A stretch of 64,000 nt of DNA from positions 2,311,072 to 2,375,071 of the forward strand of contig OZ241742.1 of NCBI GenBank assembly GCA_965200955.1, given 5' to 3'. The notes beneath the pieces were generated by a model. It saw only the letters and a list, made by a program, of their open reading frames with translations, was not told the origin of the DNA and did not search any database. A program made the translations under genes and the position numbers. Below are positions 1 through 10,184 of the stretch, piece by piece. The first letter of the stretch is position 1. Each line of letters opens with the position of its first letter. Source of the DNA: Rhodothermales bacterium (lineage in GTDB: Bacteria; Bacteroidota; Rhodothermia; Rhodothermales; Bin80).

Positions 1-870
1 TACTATCCAGTCCTAGCCGTCAATGTGAACGCTGAGTTGACGGGTGATGTCATTACCGATGCCAGATCTGACTTTGATCAAACGACTAATCAACCACTGG
101 TGGATATGGAAATGAATTCCGAAGGGGCACGGATATGGTCACGTCTTACGGGAGCAAATGTTGGCAAAAACATTGCGATTGTTCTTGATCGTGTAGTATA
201 TTCCTACCCAACCGTTATCAATCAGATCAGTGGTGGACGATCACAGATCACTGGTCTGGCCTCCCAAGAAGAGTCGGATGACATCGTGACCGTCCTCAAA
301 AGTGGTGCACTTCCCGCTCCCGTCGAAATTGTTGAAGAAAGAACGGTTGGCCCAAGCCTTGGTGTCGTTGCCAGACAGTCGGGATTCACATCCCTCATGG
401 TGGGGCTCACCATTGTGGCCCTCTTTATGATGATGTACTACCGTGCAAGCGGTATGGTTGCTGATCTGGCTTTGATCATTAATATCATTTTTATTTTAGG
501 CATTCTTGCAGGGTTTAATGCAACATTGACCCTTCCAGGCATTGCTGGTATCGTTCTTACCATTGGTATGGCAGTGGATGCAAATGTGTTAATCTTTGAA
601 CGGATTCGAGAAGAGCAATCCTCTGGAAAGACACTCAAGGCTTCCATTGATGGTGGATACGGCAAGGCACTCAGTGCCATCATTGATGCAAATATTACAA
701 CCTTCTTTGTTGGAATTATTCTATATTCATTTGGAGTTGGGCCCATTCAGGGATTCGCTGTCACGCTGATGGCAGGAATCCTTGCATCACTGTTTAGTGC
801 AATTGTATTTACCCGAATCATCTTTGACTATCTTGTGATTGGTCGACGAACTTCAATTAGCTTCGGTTAA
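1..870 (+). CDS. secD: Protein translocase subunit SecD, C-terminal part (5' end upstream of window)
   Basis: Frame 1 is open from base 1; the track ORF 25..870 only marks its first GTG. The multi-TM C-terminus carries LPGIAGIVLTIGMAVDANVLIFERIREE. secF follows 33 nt downstream. Confidence 0.9.
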   Translation, partial: YYPVLAVNVNAELTGDVITDARSDFDQTTNQPLVDMEMNSEGARIWSRLTGANVGKNIAIVLDRVVYSYPTVINQISGGRSQITGLASQEESDDIVTVLKSGALPAPVEIVEERTVGPSLGVVARQSGFTSLMVGLTIVALFMMMYYRASGMVADLALIINIIFILGILAGFNATLTLPGIAGIVLTIGMAVDANVLIFERIREEQSSGKTLKASIDGGYGKALSAIIDANITTFFVGIILYSFGVGPIQGFAVTLMAGILASLFSAIVFTRIIFDYLVIGRRTSISFG

Positions 871-903
871 ACCATGTCAATCGATCAAACTTGAACCATT
901 GTA

Positions 904-1845
904 ATGCGCATTTTTGACAACACTGATTATAATTTAGTCGGAAGCAGGCAGAAAGGATATGTCATCAGTGGAATCCTGCTGACGCTCAGTATTGGAGCCA
1001 TTCTGTTTCGTGGACTTGAGCTTGGGATTGACTTTAGAGGAGGCATGGAGTTTGTAGTGGAGAGCGATCAAATTCTTGAAGCAACCGAAATTCGTGCAAC
1101 CCTGACGCTAGTACTTGATAGTGCACCCGAGGTGAAAACCTATAGCGATGTTGGCGAAGGGGGACAGGATGCACTCCTGATTCGCACACCTTCCGAAGGG
1201 GAAACCACCGAAGTGCAGACCATGATTGTTCAAGCCATCGGAGCAGAATTTCCAGATGCCAATCCACGTATCGTCAAAACCGATGTGGTCGGGCCAAGAT
1301 TTGCAGAGGACTTGAAGCGAGGTTCTTTGTACGCAGTTCTTGGATCCCTACTAGTGATCTTCCTGTATGTGATGCTCCGCTTTGAGTGGAAATTTGGGTT
1401 AGGTGCGGTCGCGGCTCTGTTTCACGATGTATTGATCACCTTGGGAATCTTTGCTCTACTTCAGGGAATCCTGCCTTTTTCTTTACAGATAGATCAGGCT
1501 ATCATTGCTGCCTTCCTCACGATTGTTGGTTATTCACTCAACGATACCGTTGTTATCTTTGACCGTATACGTGAGTACACCAACCTATTTAAGACAGAGC
1601 CCTATCCAATCGTGGTAAACCGTTCGGTTAATACAACGTTAAGTCGTACCTTTGTGACATCCGGTACAACCCTGCTGGTTGTAGTAACATTGTTTACATT
1701 TGGTGGGGAAGTTTTACGAGGGTTTGCTTTTGCGCTTATTATTGGTATAATTATCGGGACATATTCGTCCATTTTCGTAGCCACTCCAGTAGTGGTTGAG
1801 TTGAATCAACGGTCTGCTTCGGCCCGCAAAGCCAGTAGACGCTAA
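904..1845 (+). CDS. secF: Protein translocase subunit SecF
   Basis: 313 aa, six predicted TM helices, motif AIIAAFLTIVGYSLNDTVVIFDRIREY. It lies directly after secD. Confidence 0.9.
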   Translation: MRIFDNTDYNLVGSRQKGYVISGILLTLSIGAILFRGLELGIDFRGGMEFVVESDQILEATEIRATLTLVLDSAPEVKTYSDVGEGGQDALLIRTPSEGETTEVQTMIVQAIGAEFPDANPRIVKTDVVGPRFAEDLKRGSLYAVLGSLLVIFLYVMLRFEWKFGLGAVAALFHDVLITLGIFALLQGILPFSLQIDQAIIAAFLTIVGYSLNDTVVIFDRIREYTNLFKTEPYPIVVNRSVNTTLSRTFVTSGTTLLVVVTLFTFGGEVLRGFAFALIIGIIIGTYSSIFVATPVVVELNQRSASARKASRR

Positions 1846-1857
1846 TCCTAAACGAGC

Positions 1858-2202
1858 ATGAATTTTTCAGTTGACGAACAATATAACGCCGTGATCATTA
1901 CCCTTAAAGGTAATGTGATGGGAGGCCCCAACGCGGTGAAATTCCAGGAGACCATCAACAGCCTAAAAGAAGACGGCAAGTTGAATGTGGTCGTCAATTT
2001 GGCGAGGGTCAATATCATGAACTCCAGTGGTCTGGGAATGCTGATTAGTGCGATGACCTCCATCCGCAATGCTGGAGGAGATCTACGTCTTTCCAAACCA
2101 GCTTCCAAGATCAAGTCTCTACTTGTCATCACCAAGCTCATTACTGTCTTTGAACATTTTGATTCAGATCAGGAAGCCGCTGAGAGTTTCTCTGCATCTT
2201 AA
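1858..2202 (+). CDS. STAS-domain protein (SpoIIAA-like anti-sigma-factor antagonist)
   Basis: 114 aa with the typical STAS layout and a phosphorylatable-serine region, VNLARVNIMNSSGLGMLIS. No partner kinase or phosphatase is adjacent. Confidence 0.75.
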   Translation: MNFSVDEQYNAVIITLKGNVMGGPNAVKFQETINSLKEDGKLNVVVNLARVNIMNSSGLGMLISAMTSIRNAGGDLRLSKPASKIKSLLVITKLITVFEHFDSDQEAAESFSAS

Positions 2203-2277
2203 TCCATTCCCTTGCTTATGTAATCGTGTTTTTTGAAACGATTGTATATCAGATCATGATCTTGTAAGGATACCTTC

Positions 2278-3543
2278 ATGGCGGTAACGGTAGTCGTCGG
2301 CAGTCAGTGGGGAGACGAGGGAAAGGGAAAAGTTGTTGATATACTTGCACCAGATTTTGATATCGTTGCACGCTATCAGGGTGGTGCCAATGCAGGTCAT
2401 ACCATCAAATGGGGTGATCATACCCATGTCCTGCATTTATTGCCCAGTGGTGTATTTTCTGAAGGCGTGGACTGTGTGATCGGTAATGGAGTTGTGATTG
2501 AACCCAAGGCACTAGTGACGGAAATTCAGAATGTCGAGAATCTGGGGTTTGACTTGACGGGGCGGTTAAGGATTTCTGACAATGCTCACTGCATTCTGCC
2601 ATATCATCAAGCCATTGAAAGGGTTCAGTCGGCAGATCAGATTGGGACAACCAAAAAAGGAATTGGCCCTGCCTATACCGATAAAGTTGCACGTTTAGGT
2701 ATTCGGATCAGCGAACTGGTTGACACTGAGCATTTCTCCGAACGCTTGCAGAATGAGATTCAACGAACCAACTCTATCCTCACTGGAGCCTATGGTGTAG
2801 GGGGGCTTGATCCCGATGCAATCATTACCGAATATGTTGATATAGGCCGTGCTCTCTCCAAGTATGTGACCAACACAACACACTTTCTCCATCATTCACT
2901 TCAATCAGGAAAGAACATTCTTGCTGAAGGTGCACAGGGTTCACTTTTAGATATAGACTTTGGAACATATCCCTATGTAACTTCCAGTTCTCCTAGTGCA
3001 GGTGGGGTATGTACCGGGTTAGGCATCCCACCTACGGCTATCCGCCGCGTGATTGGAATTACCAAAGCATACTGCACGCGCGTAGGACATGGCCCGTTTC
3101 CTACGGAACTCAAAGATGAGGTTGGGCAGCATATGGGTAGGGTAGGGGCTGAATTTGGTGCAACAACGGGCCGTCCTCGCCGATGTGGATGGTTGGATTT
3201 GGTGGCCCTTCGATATAGTTGCAAACTCAATGGATTCACAGAACTGGCCGTGACGAAGCTGGATGTGTTGTCTGGATTGGATGAGATTCGTGTTTGTACT
3301 GAATATGAACAGGATGAAAGACTCCAGTCTCACTTTATCAATGACGCACGAATTCTAGATACCGTGATTCCCCATTATGAAACCTTCCCAGGATGGAACG
3401 AGAATATACAGGGATGCAAACAGATGGAAGATTTACCTTTTGCGGCACGAAATTTGGTGAGTGCTATTGAAGAATTCACGGCTGTTCCCGTAAAGTTTGT
3501 CTCTACCGGGCCCAAACGTTCCGAAACCATTCACCTGATTTAA
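2278..3543 (+). CDS. purA: Adenylosuccinate synthetase
   Basis: 421 aa with P-loop VVVGSQWGDEGKGKVVDIL and GATTGRPRRCGWLD, both diagnostic PurA motifs. Confidence 0.97.
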   Translation: MAVTVVVGSQWGDEGKGKVVDILAPDFDIVARYQGGANAGHTIKWGDHTHVLHLLPSGVFSEGVDCVIGNGVVIEPKALVTEIQNVENLGFDLTGRLRISDNAHCILPYHQAIERVQSADQIGTTKKGIGPAYTDKVARLGIRISELVDTEHFSERLQNEIQRTNSILTGAYGVGGLDPDAIITEYVDIGRALSKYVTNTTHFLHHSLQSGKNILAEGAQGSLLDIDFGTYPYVTSSSPSAGGVCTGLGIPPTAIRRVIGITKAYCTRVGHGPFPTELKDEVGQHMGRVGAEFGATTGRPRRCGWLDLVALRYSCKLNGFTELAVTKLDVLSGLDEIRVCTEYEQDERLQSHFINDARILDTVIPHYETFPGWNENIQGCKQMEDLPFAARNLVSAIEEFTAVPVKFVSTGPKRSETIHLI

Positions 3544-3579
3544 GGGTGATCCTCTTCTACTTACTGACCCTTATGTACC

Positions 3580-4878
3580 ATGCATGCTCTGATAGCAAAG
3601 CTTCACCTTAAGCTGATTCTCAGTGTATTTGCGGCTACCATTGCCCTTGCCTCCCTCCTGTATACCAGTAATCTTGTACGCCATTTGCAGGAACGAGAGC
3701 GGACCAGTGTCACCATATGGGCATCTGCCATTGAGCAGGTCGCCCTTGCTGCGGCTCAGAATCCTCATGAAGACGATTTTCGACTGATAGCAGAAAGCCT
3801 AAACCCAGATGATCCGATGACACCAAGACACCGAGCCGCATTGTCTTGGGCAATCAGGCTACCGATGGGCGATCATATCGATTTTATCTTTGATGTGATT
3901 TCCAAGTACTCCCCAGATGTCCCCGCGGCGATCGTCGCCGAAGATGGAACGCCTATCCGGTGGCAGTACCTTGGAGTTCCCGAAGAGGGAGATCTGACGG
4001 ATGAAGATTCCATGAAAATCGCACAGCACATTGCAGAGATGGATCAAAAATTTGAACCGATCGTCATAGAAGTGCGACAGGATTCACTCACGACAGCCTT
4101 GAATCAGACGGTGCACTATGGTGAGAGCTCCGTGATTCGGGATCTGCGGATCTACCCCTACTTGCAGCTTGCATTTGTGGCGTTGTTTATTGGGTTTGCC
4201 TATCTTGGCTTTTCTTATGCACGCCGTAGCGAACAGAGCAATTTATGGGTTGGGATGGCTCGTGAAACGGCACATCAGCTGGGAACGCCTATTTCAAGTC
4301 TAATGGGTTGGGTTGAGGTCATGCGTACGAATTCCAATACGGACCAAGAACTTTTAAATGAAGTCGATAATGATCTTCGTCGGCTAGAATTGATTACCCA
4401 TCGATTCAATGATATAGGATCTCATCCAAGACTGGAATCTCAAAAATTGGCACCCGTGATTGATGCCACCGCCAGCTATATAAGGAAGCGTTTTCCTAGC
4501 CGTGGCATGTCACTGGAAGTGGAAGTGTCCACCGACTTAGCATCTCCAATCAATGCTGAACTGTTTGAATGGGTCGTAGAAAATCTGCTCAAGAATGCTA
4601 TGGATGCCATCGAAAGTGGGCAGGGTCATATTCAGATTACATCAGGATCCGATCGCAACCGCATCTTCATTGATATTGCCGACAATGGGAAAGGAATTGA
4701 CCGCAGAGACTGGTCCAGTATTTTCAAGCCGGGATTCAGTACGAAAACACGTGGTTGGGGACTTGGATTGAGTCTTGCCAAGAGGATCGTTGAAGACTAT
4801 CATGGAGGTTCACTCACTCTGGTGCAGTCCTCGATTGGGAAGGGATCTACATTTAGGATTTCTCTGCCAAAATCATAA
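3580..4878 (+). CDS. Membrane sensor histidine kinase
   Basis: Two TM segments, H-box ETAHQLGTPISSLMGWVEVM, and HATPase_c motifs DNGKGI and GWGLGLSLAKRIVEDYHGG. No response regulator is adjacent. Confidence 0.85.
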   Translation: MHALIAKLHLKLILSVFAATIALASLLYTSNLVRHLQERERTSVTIWASAIEQVALAAAQNPHEDDFRLIAESLNPDDPMTPRHRAALSWAIRLPMGDHIDFIFDVISKYSPDVPAAIVAEDGTPIRWQYLGVPEEGDLTDEDSMKIAQHIAEMDQKFEPIVIEVRQDSLTTALNQTVHYGESSVIRDLRIYPYLQLAFVALFIGFAYLGFSYARRSEQSNLWVGMARETAHQLGTPISSLMGWVEVMRTNSNTDQELLNEVDNDLRRLELITHRFNDIGSHPRLESQKLAPVIDATASYIRKRFPSRGMSLEVEVSTDLASPINAELFEWVVENLLKNAMDAIESGQGHIQITSGSDRNRIFIDIADNGKGIDRRDWSSIFKPGFSTKTRGWGLGLSLAKRIVEDYHGGSLTLVQSSIGKGSTFRISLPKS

Positions 4879-5047
4879 GAAGAACAGGTATTTTGGCAGG
4901 GGGATTGTTTCGATCTTGTATGAACTGAACCAATACATAGACTGCTTCTCCGCACCCCAAGTCTTTGATTCTATACGTCAGGGAAAATATCTGAATCTTG
5001 GATGGAGTAGCATGAATCTACTACACTGGTTTGGGGACGTTTCTATC

Positions 5048-5845
5048 TTAAGGAGAGAGTTGAAGATGGATAGGGCTAGACCTTTGAAGATCTAGATGGG
5101 TTGACGCATTTCCTAGACAGATGGCTATCTCCAAGAAGTTGTTGGTACTTCCAAATAACATCAGCATTTCACCTTCAGATACATCACTATAGGTAGAATG
5201 GATGCCCTGAATGACTGTATTTCCCATGGAGAACAGTACTGTTTTCTGATCAGAGTACTGTTCAATGAGATCGCGTGAAATATTGGTGATGCAATTGCCA
5301 AAGTGGTCAATATGCACGACATGTCCAATAATTTCATTGGCATTACATTTCGGTGGTTGCCATTCTAAAGGGTACAGATGCGTCAGTCTGTATCCACATT
5401 GTTCAAAAGGTAAACCACTGGCAAGATGTGCAGCTACAGGAGCAAAAAGATCTCTCCCGTGGAAAGTCATGGATATCGGTGCAGAATCAGTCTTTATTAA
5501 TTTTACGATTTGTTCGGGAGTATCTGTTTCCAAGAGAAGAGTGAATAACCCATTATCGGGTCCAACATAATAGTATCCTTCATGCTGTATGGCTATGGCT
5601 TGACGGATAGACCCAACTCCAGGATCTACGACCACTAAATGTACTGTATTTTCGGGGAAATGCCTCAACGATTGTTTGAGTAGAAATGCGGCTCCAACAA
5701 TATCAAAAGGTTGAACATCATGGGAGACATCAATCAGATTCAAGTGTGGATTAATGCCTAACATGATCCCTTTCATAGCACCAACGTATCCGTCACTCGT
5801 ACCAAAATCAGTGGTCAAAGTGACGATGGAAGGACAGCGTTCCAT
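5048..5845 (-). CDS. SAM hydroxide adenosyltransferase family protein (DUF62, fluorinase/chlorinase-like)
   Basis: N-terminal signature IVTLTTDFGTSDGYVGAMKGIMLGINP. The start is set at the internal ATG (5845), which removes the overlap with the upstream receptor gene. Confidence 0.85.
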   Translation of the reverse strand: MERCPSIVTLTTDFGTSDGYVGAMKGIMLGINPHLNLIDVSHDVQPFDIVGAAFLLKQSLRHFPENTVHLVVVDPGVGSIRQAIAIQHEGYYYVGPDNGLFTLLLETDTPEQIVKLIKTDSAPISMTFHGRDLFAPVAAHLASGLPFEQCGYRLTHLYPLEWQPPKCNANEIIGHVVHIDHFGNCITNISRDLIEQYSDQKTVLFSMGNTVIQGIHSTYSDVSEGEMLMLFGSTNNFLEIAICLGNASTHLDLQRSSPIHLQLSP

Positions 5846-5852
5846 ATCGTAA

Positions 5853-7868
5853 TCAAAGATTAATTCCAAGCCCAATTTGAAAGGAGCGTCCTTCTGCAGG
5901 TTCAAAATAACGCCCTCCAAAGGCATTCACAACCAAGGATCGTACATACTGGCTATTGAGAATATTTTGAATGCGAACAAACGGGTTCACCGTAACTGTA
6001 GCCAATCGACAATCGGATCGTGATAGATATACATCTATGACCATAAATCCATCCGATTGTACGGTATTGGTATTGTTACCCCACATTTTTGAAGCGGCCT
6101 CAAGGACGATTTGGGAAGTCCACCTATTGGAGGAGGAACCATGAAGGGTAAGGTGGGCCTGATGAGCAGGAACACCAGGAAGTTGAAGTCCCTCATCACG
6201 CCCATTGAGGAAGCTGAAAGAACCGTACTGATAGAGGGAATGGATTCTAAATGGTTGCCCAGCGGGCCATTCTAAGGCGATTTCTACACCGTAATGGCGG
6301 TTCTTGCCACGATTGAAATACCATGTTCGTCCATCCTCTGCCTGCTGAGGAAGAAGACGATCCTGTATACGAAGAAGATAAACCGAAACATCTATATCAA
6401 GATTGATTGACTTGATCAATCCTCGAACACCTGTCTCCATTCCAATTGTGGTTTGGGGATCAAGATCCGTGTTGAAACCACCCTGCCCCGTAGGGCTATT
6501 GATCAGCTCGGTGGTTGTGGGTGTTTCAAAAGCGGTTCCAACATTGGAATACCATGTTAAAGATGAAGATTGGTAATATACCCCAATGGATGGACTCATG
6601 GCAGTGAAATTTCGATCGCCACTTTGATCACCATTAGACAGCAGGGCATCCGTCATTTGGAAATGCATCCGATCCAATCGAAGTCCACCCGTTATCCCCC
6701 ATCGTGAAGAAAATCGAGTGCTCAACCCGGCAAACAAGGAAAGGCTTCCCACATTTTCTTTTTGATCAAGCAGGAGACGCTGACCAGGACGACCAGACTC
6801 ATTATTCCACCGGATACGATTATCGCTCATGGTTCGTAGATCCAAGCCTGCGGTAAGACTCAATACAGAGTTGAGGTCATTCTGTAACTGTGCATAGATT
6901 CCCCCGACAATTCGTTCAAGATCAATCCATGCAAAAGAGAGAGGGTTATCCAAAGATCGTCGTATGCCATATGCAGTAGCAGTCAGATGACCAAGAGGTG
7001 TTCGCGTCAGTAATGTAACTCCGCTTTGAACATGTATACTTTCCTTTCCTGCAGATTGACGCTCGTTCCGAGCATCGGCCTGTTTTCGATTCATATCAAG
7101 TTGTTCAAGAGTCAGTGAGCCAGGTGATAATACATCCTGAAATGCACTATTGACTGTGAACAAGATTGTAGTATGAGGACGAAGAATGCTTTGGGTCGTT
7201 ATTCCTGCTCGCAAGAAGTCCCCTTTGCTATGTGCACGATAGCCAGTTTTTTCCACTCGTGATGCGTAGGTCGTAAGATGATGAACACCAATCTTTAACG
7301 AAGAACTGACCAAGGCATGGCTCAATCCATAGCTGCCAGTCATATATCGCACTCGTAGGGGAGAGGAATCCTTGCCATTAGCGAGATGCAGAACCCCTCC
7401 ACTTGCATTTCCCCAAAACAGTGAACTTGGCCCGCGCAGTAACTCTGATCGCCCGATAAAAACAGGATCAACAATGTCTAGCATACTTTGACCATCGGGC
7501 ATGGTCAAAGGTACTCCATTGAGGAATGCTTGGAGTCCACGGACTCCAAATGCTGCTCGATAACCCATTCCCCGAACAAGAATTCGCTCTCCAAGGGCAA
7601 AATGTCCACGTTCACTAATTTGAATTCCAGGCAGTCCTCTAAGTGCTCGTTGCAGAGATAAGCCAGGTTCAGATTGAACCATATCATGATCACGTACAAA
7701 AATACTGCGTGCCGCCGTGGAGTAGGTTTCCAATTGGCGAGTGGCCTCCACCGTGATAGTCGGCAGTGAAATCACCGTTGTATCTTGTGCAGTACTTAAA
7801 TGAGTAATCCATCCAAGTCCTAACAGAAAGATAACGGAGCGGGTCCAAAGGGACGCAAAGTTCTGCAT
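5853..7868 (-). CDS. TonB-dependent outer-membrane receptor (substrate unknown)
   Basis: Signal peptide, plug region ISERGHFALGERILVRGMGYRAAFGVRGLQAFLNGVPLT, a long beta-barrel, and the terminal strand GRSFQIGLGINL. The start is ATG at 7868; a TTG at 7874 is also possible. Confidence 0.85.
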   Translation of the reverse strand: MQNFASLWTRSVIFLLGLGWITHLSTAQDTTVISLPTITVEATRQLETYSTAARSIFVRDHDMVQSEPGLSLQRALRGLPGIQISERGHFALGERILVRGMGYRAAFGVRGLQAFLNGVPLTMPDGQSMLDIVDPVFIGRSELLRGPSSLFWGNASGGVLHLANGKDSSPLRVRYMTGSYGLSHALVSSSLKIGVHHLTTYASRVEKTGYRAHSKGDFLRAGITTQSILRPHTTILFTVNSAFQDVLSPGSLTLEQLDMNRKQADARNERQSAGKESIHVQSGVTLLTRTPLGHLTATAYGIRRSLDNPLSFAWIDLERIVGGIYAQLQNDLNSVLSLTAGLDLRTMSDNRIRWNNESGRPGQRLLLDQKENVGSLSLFAGLSTRFSSRWGITGGLRLDRMHFQMTDALLSNGDQSGDRNFTAMSPSIGVYYQSSSLTWYSNVGTAFETPTTTELINSPTGQGGFNTDLDPQTTIGMETGVRGLIKSINLDIDVSVYLLRIQDRLLPQQAEDGRTWYFNRGKNRHYGVEIALEWPAGQPFRIHSLYQYGSFSFLNGRDEGLQLPGVPAHQAHLTLHGSSSNRWTSQIVLEAASKMWGNNTNTVQSDGFMVIDVYLSRSDCRLATVTVNPFVRIQNILNSQYVRSLVVNAFGGRYFEPAEGRSFQIGLGINL

Positions 7869-8186
7869 TTTCAAGGCTAAAAAATTAGTCTACGAATAGA
7901 AGATTAGACGAGTCATTGGAAAGGATATGATGATTTCATCCAAATGATCCAACAAACATCTATGGTAATCTTAATTGATAGAACAGATATACGATGACGA
8001 TGATGACTTGTCGCATGGGTTGATCAAGTATCGGGGATATGGATGAGGTTTATTATCTTTGAACAACTTTTCATTCAATCATTACCTTCTCTATTGCCAA
8101 GGCGGCAATGATGTAGAAAGAGTGAAGAATTGAGGGTATCTTTACAGTACCTTATAGGTCATCAAGAATTGATTATTCCATGAAGA

Positions 8187-8906
8187 ATGCTCGTTGCAAT
8201 TGAAGGAATTGATGGGTCTGGAAAAGGGACTCAGGCCAAAGAGCTCCTGAATCGGCTCCGAAAATTAGGGTATACCTGTGAACTTTTGTCATTTCCCCGT
8301 TACGAAGCGACCCATTCTTCAAAGATGGTGGCACAGTACTTAAATGGTGAGTTTGGTGATTTGTCCCAAGTTCCCCCTGCTTTTGCGGCGACTCTATTTG
8401 CGTTAGATCGCATGGAGAGTCAAGCACATCTTGAGGAGATGATCCAGCGGAATGATCTTGTGATCGTAGATCGATATGTATCATCAAATTTAGCCTATCA
8501 GAGTGCAAGAGTCTCACAGTCGGAGCAGTCCATGTTTATCGATTGGCTTTACGATCTAGAGTTTGAAGTCTACGGGCTACCGAAGCCAGATGTAACGATT
8601 CTTTTAGATATTCCAGTGACTACATCTCACGAATTGGTCGCCCGAAAGGATGCAAGGACATATACTGAACAAGTTTATGATCTTCACGAGAGGGATTCCG
8701 AGTACCTCTCCAGAGTGCGTGAAGCCTATATAACATTGATTAATACGCGGAGAATGGATCATTGTCAAGTGATTGAATGTCTGGATTCTCAAGGTCATCT
8801 TCGGCAAATAGATGACCTGAGTTATGAGATTTGTGATCGGGTGATTCAATGTATTCAGCTGTCACATTCAAGGAATCAGGATGATGCCCAAGAGACCGAA
8901 TGTTGA
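8187..8906 (+). CDS. tmk: Thymidylate (dTMP) kinase
   Basis: P-loop MLVAIEGIDGSGKGTQAKEL and the VIVDRYVSSNLAYQ region. At 239 aa it is somewhat longer than typical Tmk. Confidence 0.8.
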   Translation: MLVAIEGIDGSGKGTQAKELLNRLRKLGYTCELLSFPRYEATHSSKMVAQYLNGEFGDLSQVPPAFAATLFALDRMESQAHLEEMIQRNDLVIVDRYVSSNLAYQSARVSQSEQSMFIDWLYDLEFEVYGLPKPDVTILLDIPVTTSHELVARKDARTYTEQVYDLHERDSEYLSRVREAYITLINTRRMDHCQVIECLDSQGHLRQIDDLSYEICDRVIQCIQLSHSRNQDDAQETEC

Positions 8907-9016
8907 GAATGATAGGTTTGAGATTGTGATCGATCAGCATTGAGAAATTTCCGTAGTGATAGACATTCAATTAGAAAAAGGTTTATGCAAACCTGAAGAG
9001 ATAAAGATTGAATGAT

Positions 9017-9111
9017 GAGGCATCTACAAAACCTCCGGGTCAACTCATAAAAGGGGACTAGATTTCTACAGGGCATTATTTCTACTAAAATGCGAGGTAT
9101 TCAATTGCCTC
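9017..9111 (-). repeat. MITE-like ~95-nt element, copy 1 (most diverged left end)
   Basis: It aligns along its whole length with 10331..10426 and with the reverse complement of 46906..47002. Its ends are GAGGCATCTACAAAACCTCC and GAGGTATTCAATTGCCTC. Confidence 0.7.
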
Positions 9112-9395
9112 ATGAATATAGAAATTAAAGATCAAGTCACTTCAAATTGTACACTTTCGAATCTATATCAACTATATCGTCTACATGATCAAGGTTCCTT
9201 ATTTTAAAGCAATGGCCTTCAAGAGGCCCATGCCCCTTACACTCAAAGGTGTAGGGGGAGTTGTACTATGAATACACTGAGATTGATCAATAATGAATCG
9301 GTGCTATATTTTTCAAAGTTGTTCAGTAGCGAAATTTATCTTTTTCAACTGTATCAGTCTCCTTGCTGTATTATTGTAAACATTTCAAAAGATTC

Positions 9396-9602
9396 TCAGG
9401 AGATACTAATTACAGCAACCAAAATAATTGAGAGAGCAACACCCACAGAGTACATGAACCCCTTATAAAATGGAAGCCCCATAAATGGATTGCCCCTCCA
9501 CCGACGCGGCAATTTATCGGAGCCATCTCTTACCTCACTAATATCTTGATCAGAGTTTCTTTTTATATGTGATGGCAGTTTTGATCTTCTATTCTTCGCC
9601 AT
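9396..9602 (-). CDS. Small basic protein with C-terminal TM helix; candidate toxin partner of the Panacea antitoxin
   Basis: 68 aa with a basic N-terminus (MAKNRRSKLPSHIKRN) and a single C-terminal TM (FMYSVGVALSIILVAVISIS). Its start overlaps the stop of the upstream DUF4065 gene by 14 nt. I recognise no family. Confidence 0.4.
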   Translation of the reverse strand: MAKNRRSKLPSHIKRNSDQDISEVRDGSDKLPRRWRGNPFMGLPFYKGFMYSVGVALSIILVAVISIS

Positions 9603-10167
9603 CTACCTCACTCAATTCTCGGACTTTACCGATATAATAAGCCCTTGTGAGCTCATCAGGGATAGGACTGCCAGATGTATATTTGCCACGTTTTCGATGC
9701 CATACAATATACCATGGGCTATCTTTTTGGTGCAGAATATGGACTAAATGCGAAGGTGTTGCATACTTGAATGTTTCCCATAATTGATTGAGAAAATCAG
9801 ATTTACTTTCATCAAAAGAATCAAGTTTTCTGGATATATCTGCATAGATTGGTGGGATAATATCAGACTTAAATCCTCCAAACATGTCGAAAACTGAACG
9901 AAAAACGGGTCCATATTTCCATGCTTCTGCAAGCTCTCCATTTGTAATCAATGGGGAATCAAAGTTACCCCAATAATACCCATGGGCAAGATAGAGCAAT
10001 TTATTTAGCTTCATGCAAGTTATCCCTTCTTCTTGGGATAATTTCAAAAAGAATCCCGCTATATCCAAAGGCGAGACTTCCATTGTCTCATGAACGAAGC
10101 TTGCTGAACCATTTTGGGAATGGTCAAAAGCGAGAGAAGTACGTTGATCTAAACTCATAGGAATCAA
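9589..10167 (-). CDS. Panacea / DUF4065 domain protein (SocA-like antitoxin, PanA-type)
   Basis: Core motif CMKLNKLLYLAHGYYWGNFDSPLITNGELAEAWKYGPVFRSVF is typical of DUF4065. A shorter form starting at ATG 10083 (MEVSPLDIAGFF..) is equally plausible. Confidence 0.8.
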   Translation of the reverse strand: MIPMSLDQRTSLAFDHSQNGSASFVHETMEVSPLDIAGFFLKLSQEEGITCMKLNKLLYLAHGYYWGNFDSPLITNGELAEAWKYGPVFRSVFDMFGGFKSDIIPPIYADISRKLDSFDESKSDFLNQLWETFKYATPSHLVHILHQKDSPWYIVWHRKRGKYTSGSPIPDELTRAYYIGKVRELSEVDGEE

Positions 10168-10184
10168 TTAACAAGAAAGTTGAG

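Noticed and set aside
222-1784. Minus-strand ORFs overlapping secD/secF (222..413, 438..746, 1034..1267, 1602..1784)
   Set aside because: They lie entirely within well-supported secD/secF coding sequence on the other strand, and the translations have no recognisable features.
4775-5095. Plus-strand 106-aa ORF spanning the end of the histidine kinase gene and the convergent intergenic region
   Set aside because: It overlaps the kinase 3' end in another frame and runs into the DUF62 gene 3' end. It has no motif support.
9268-9468. Plus-strand 66-aa ORF in the first islet
   Set aside because: It is antisense to the 3' part of the candidate small toxin gene and has a low-complexity, AT-rich translation. 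It is most likely spurious.
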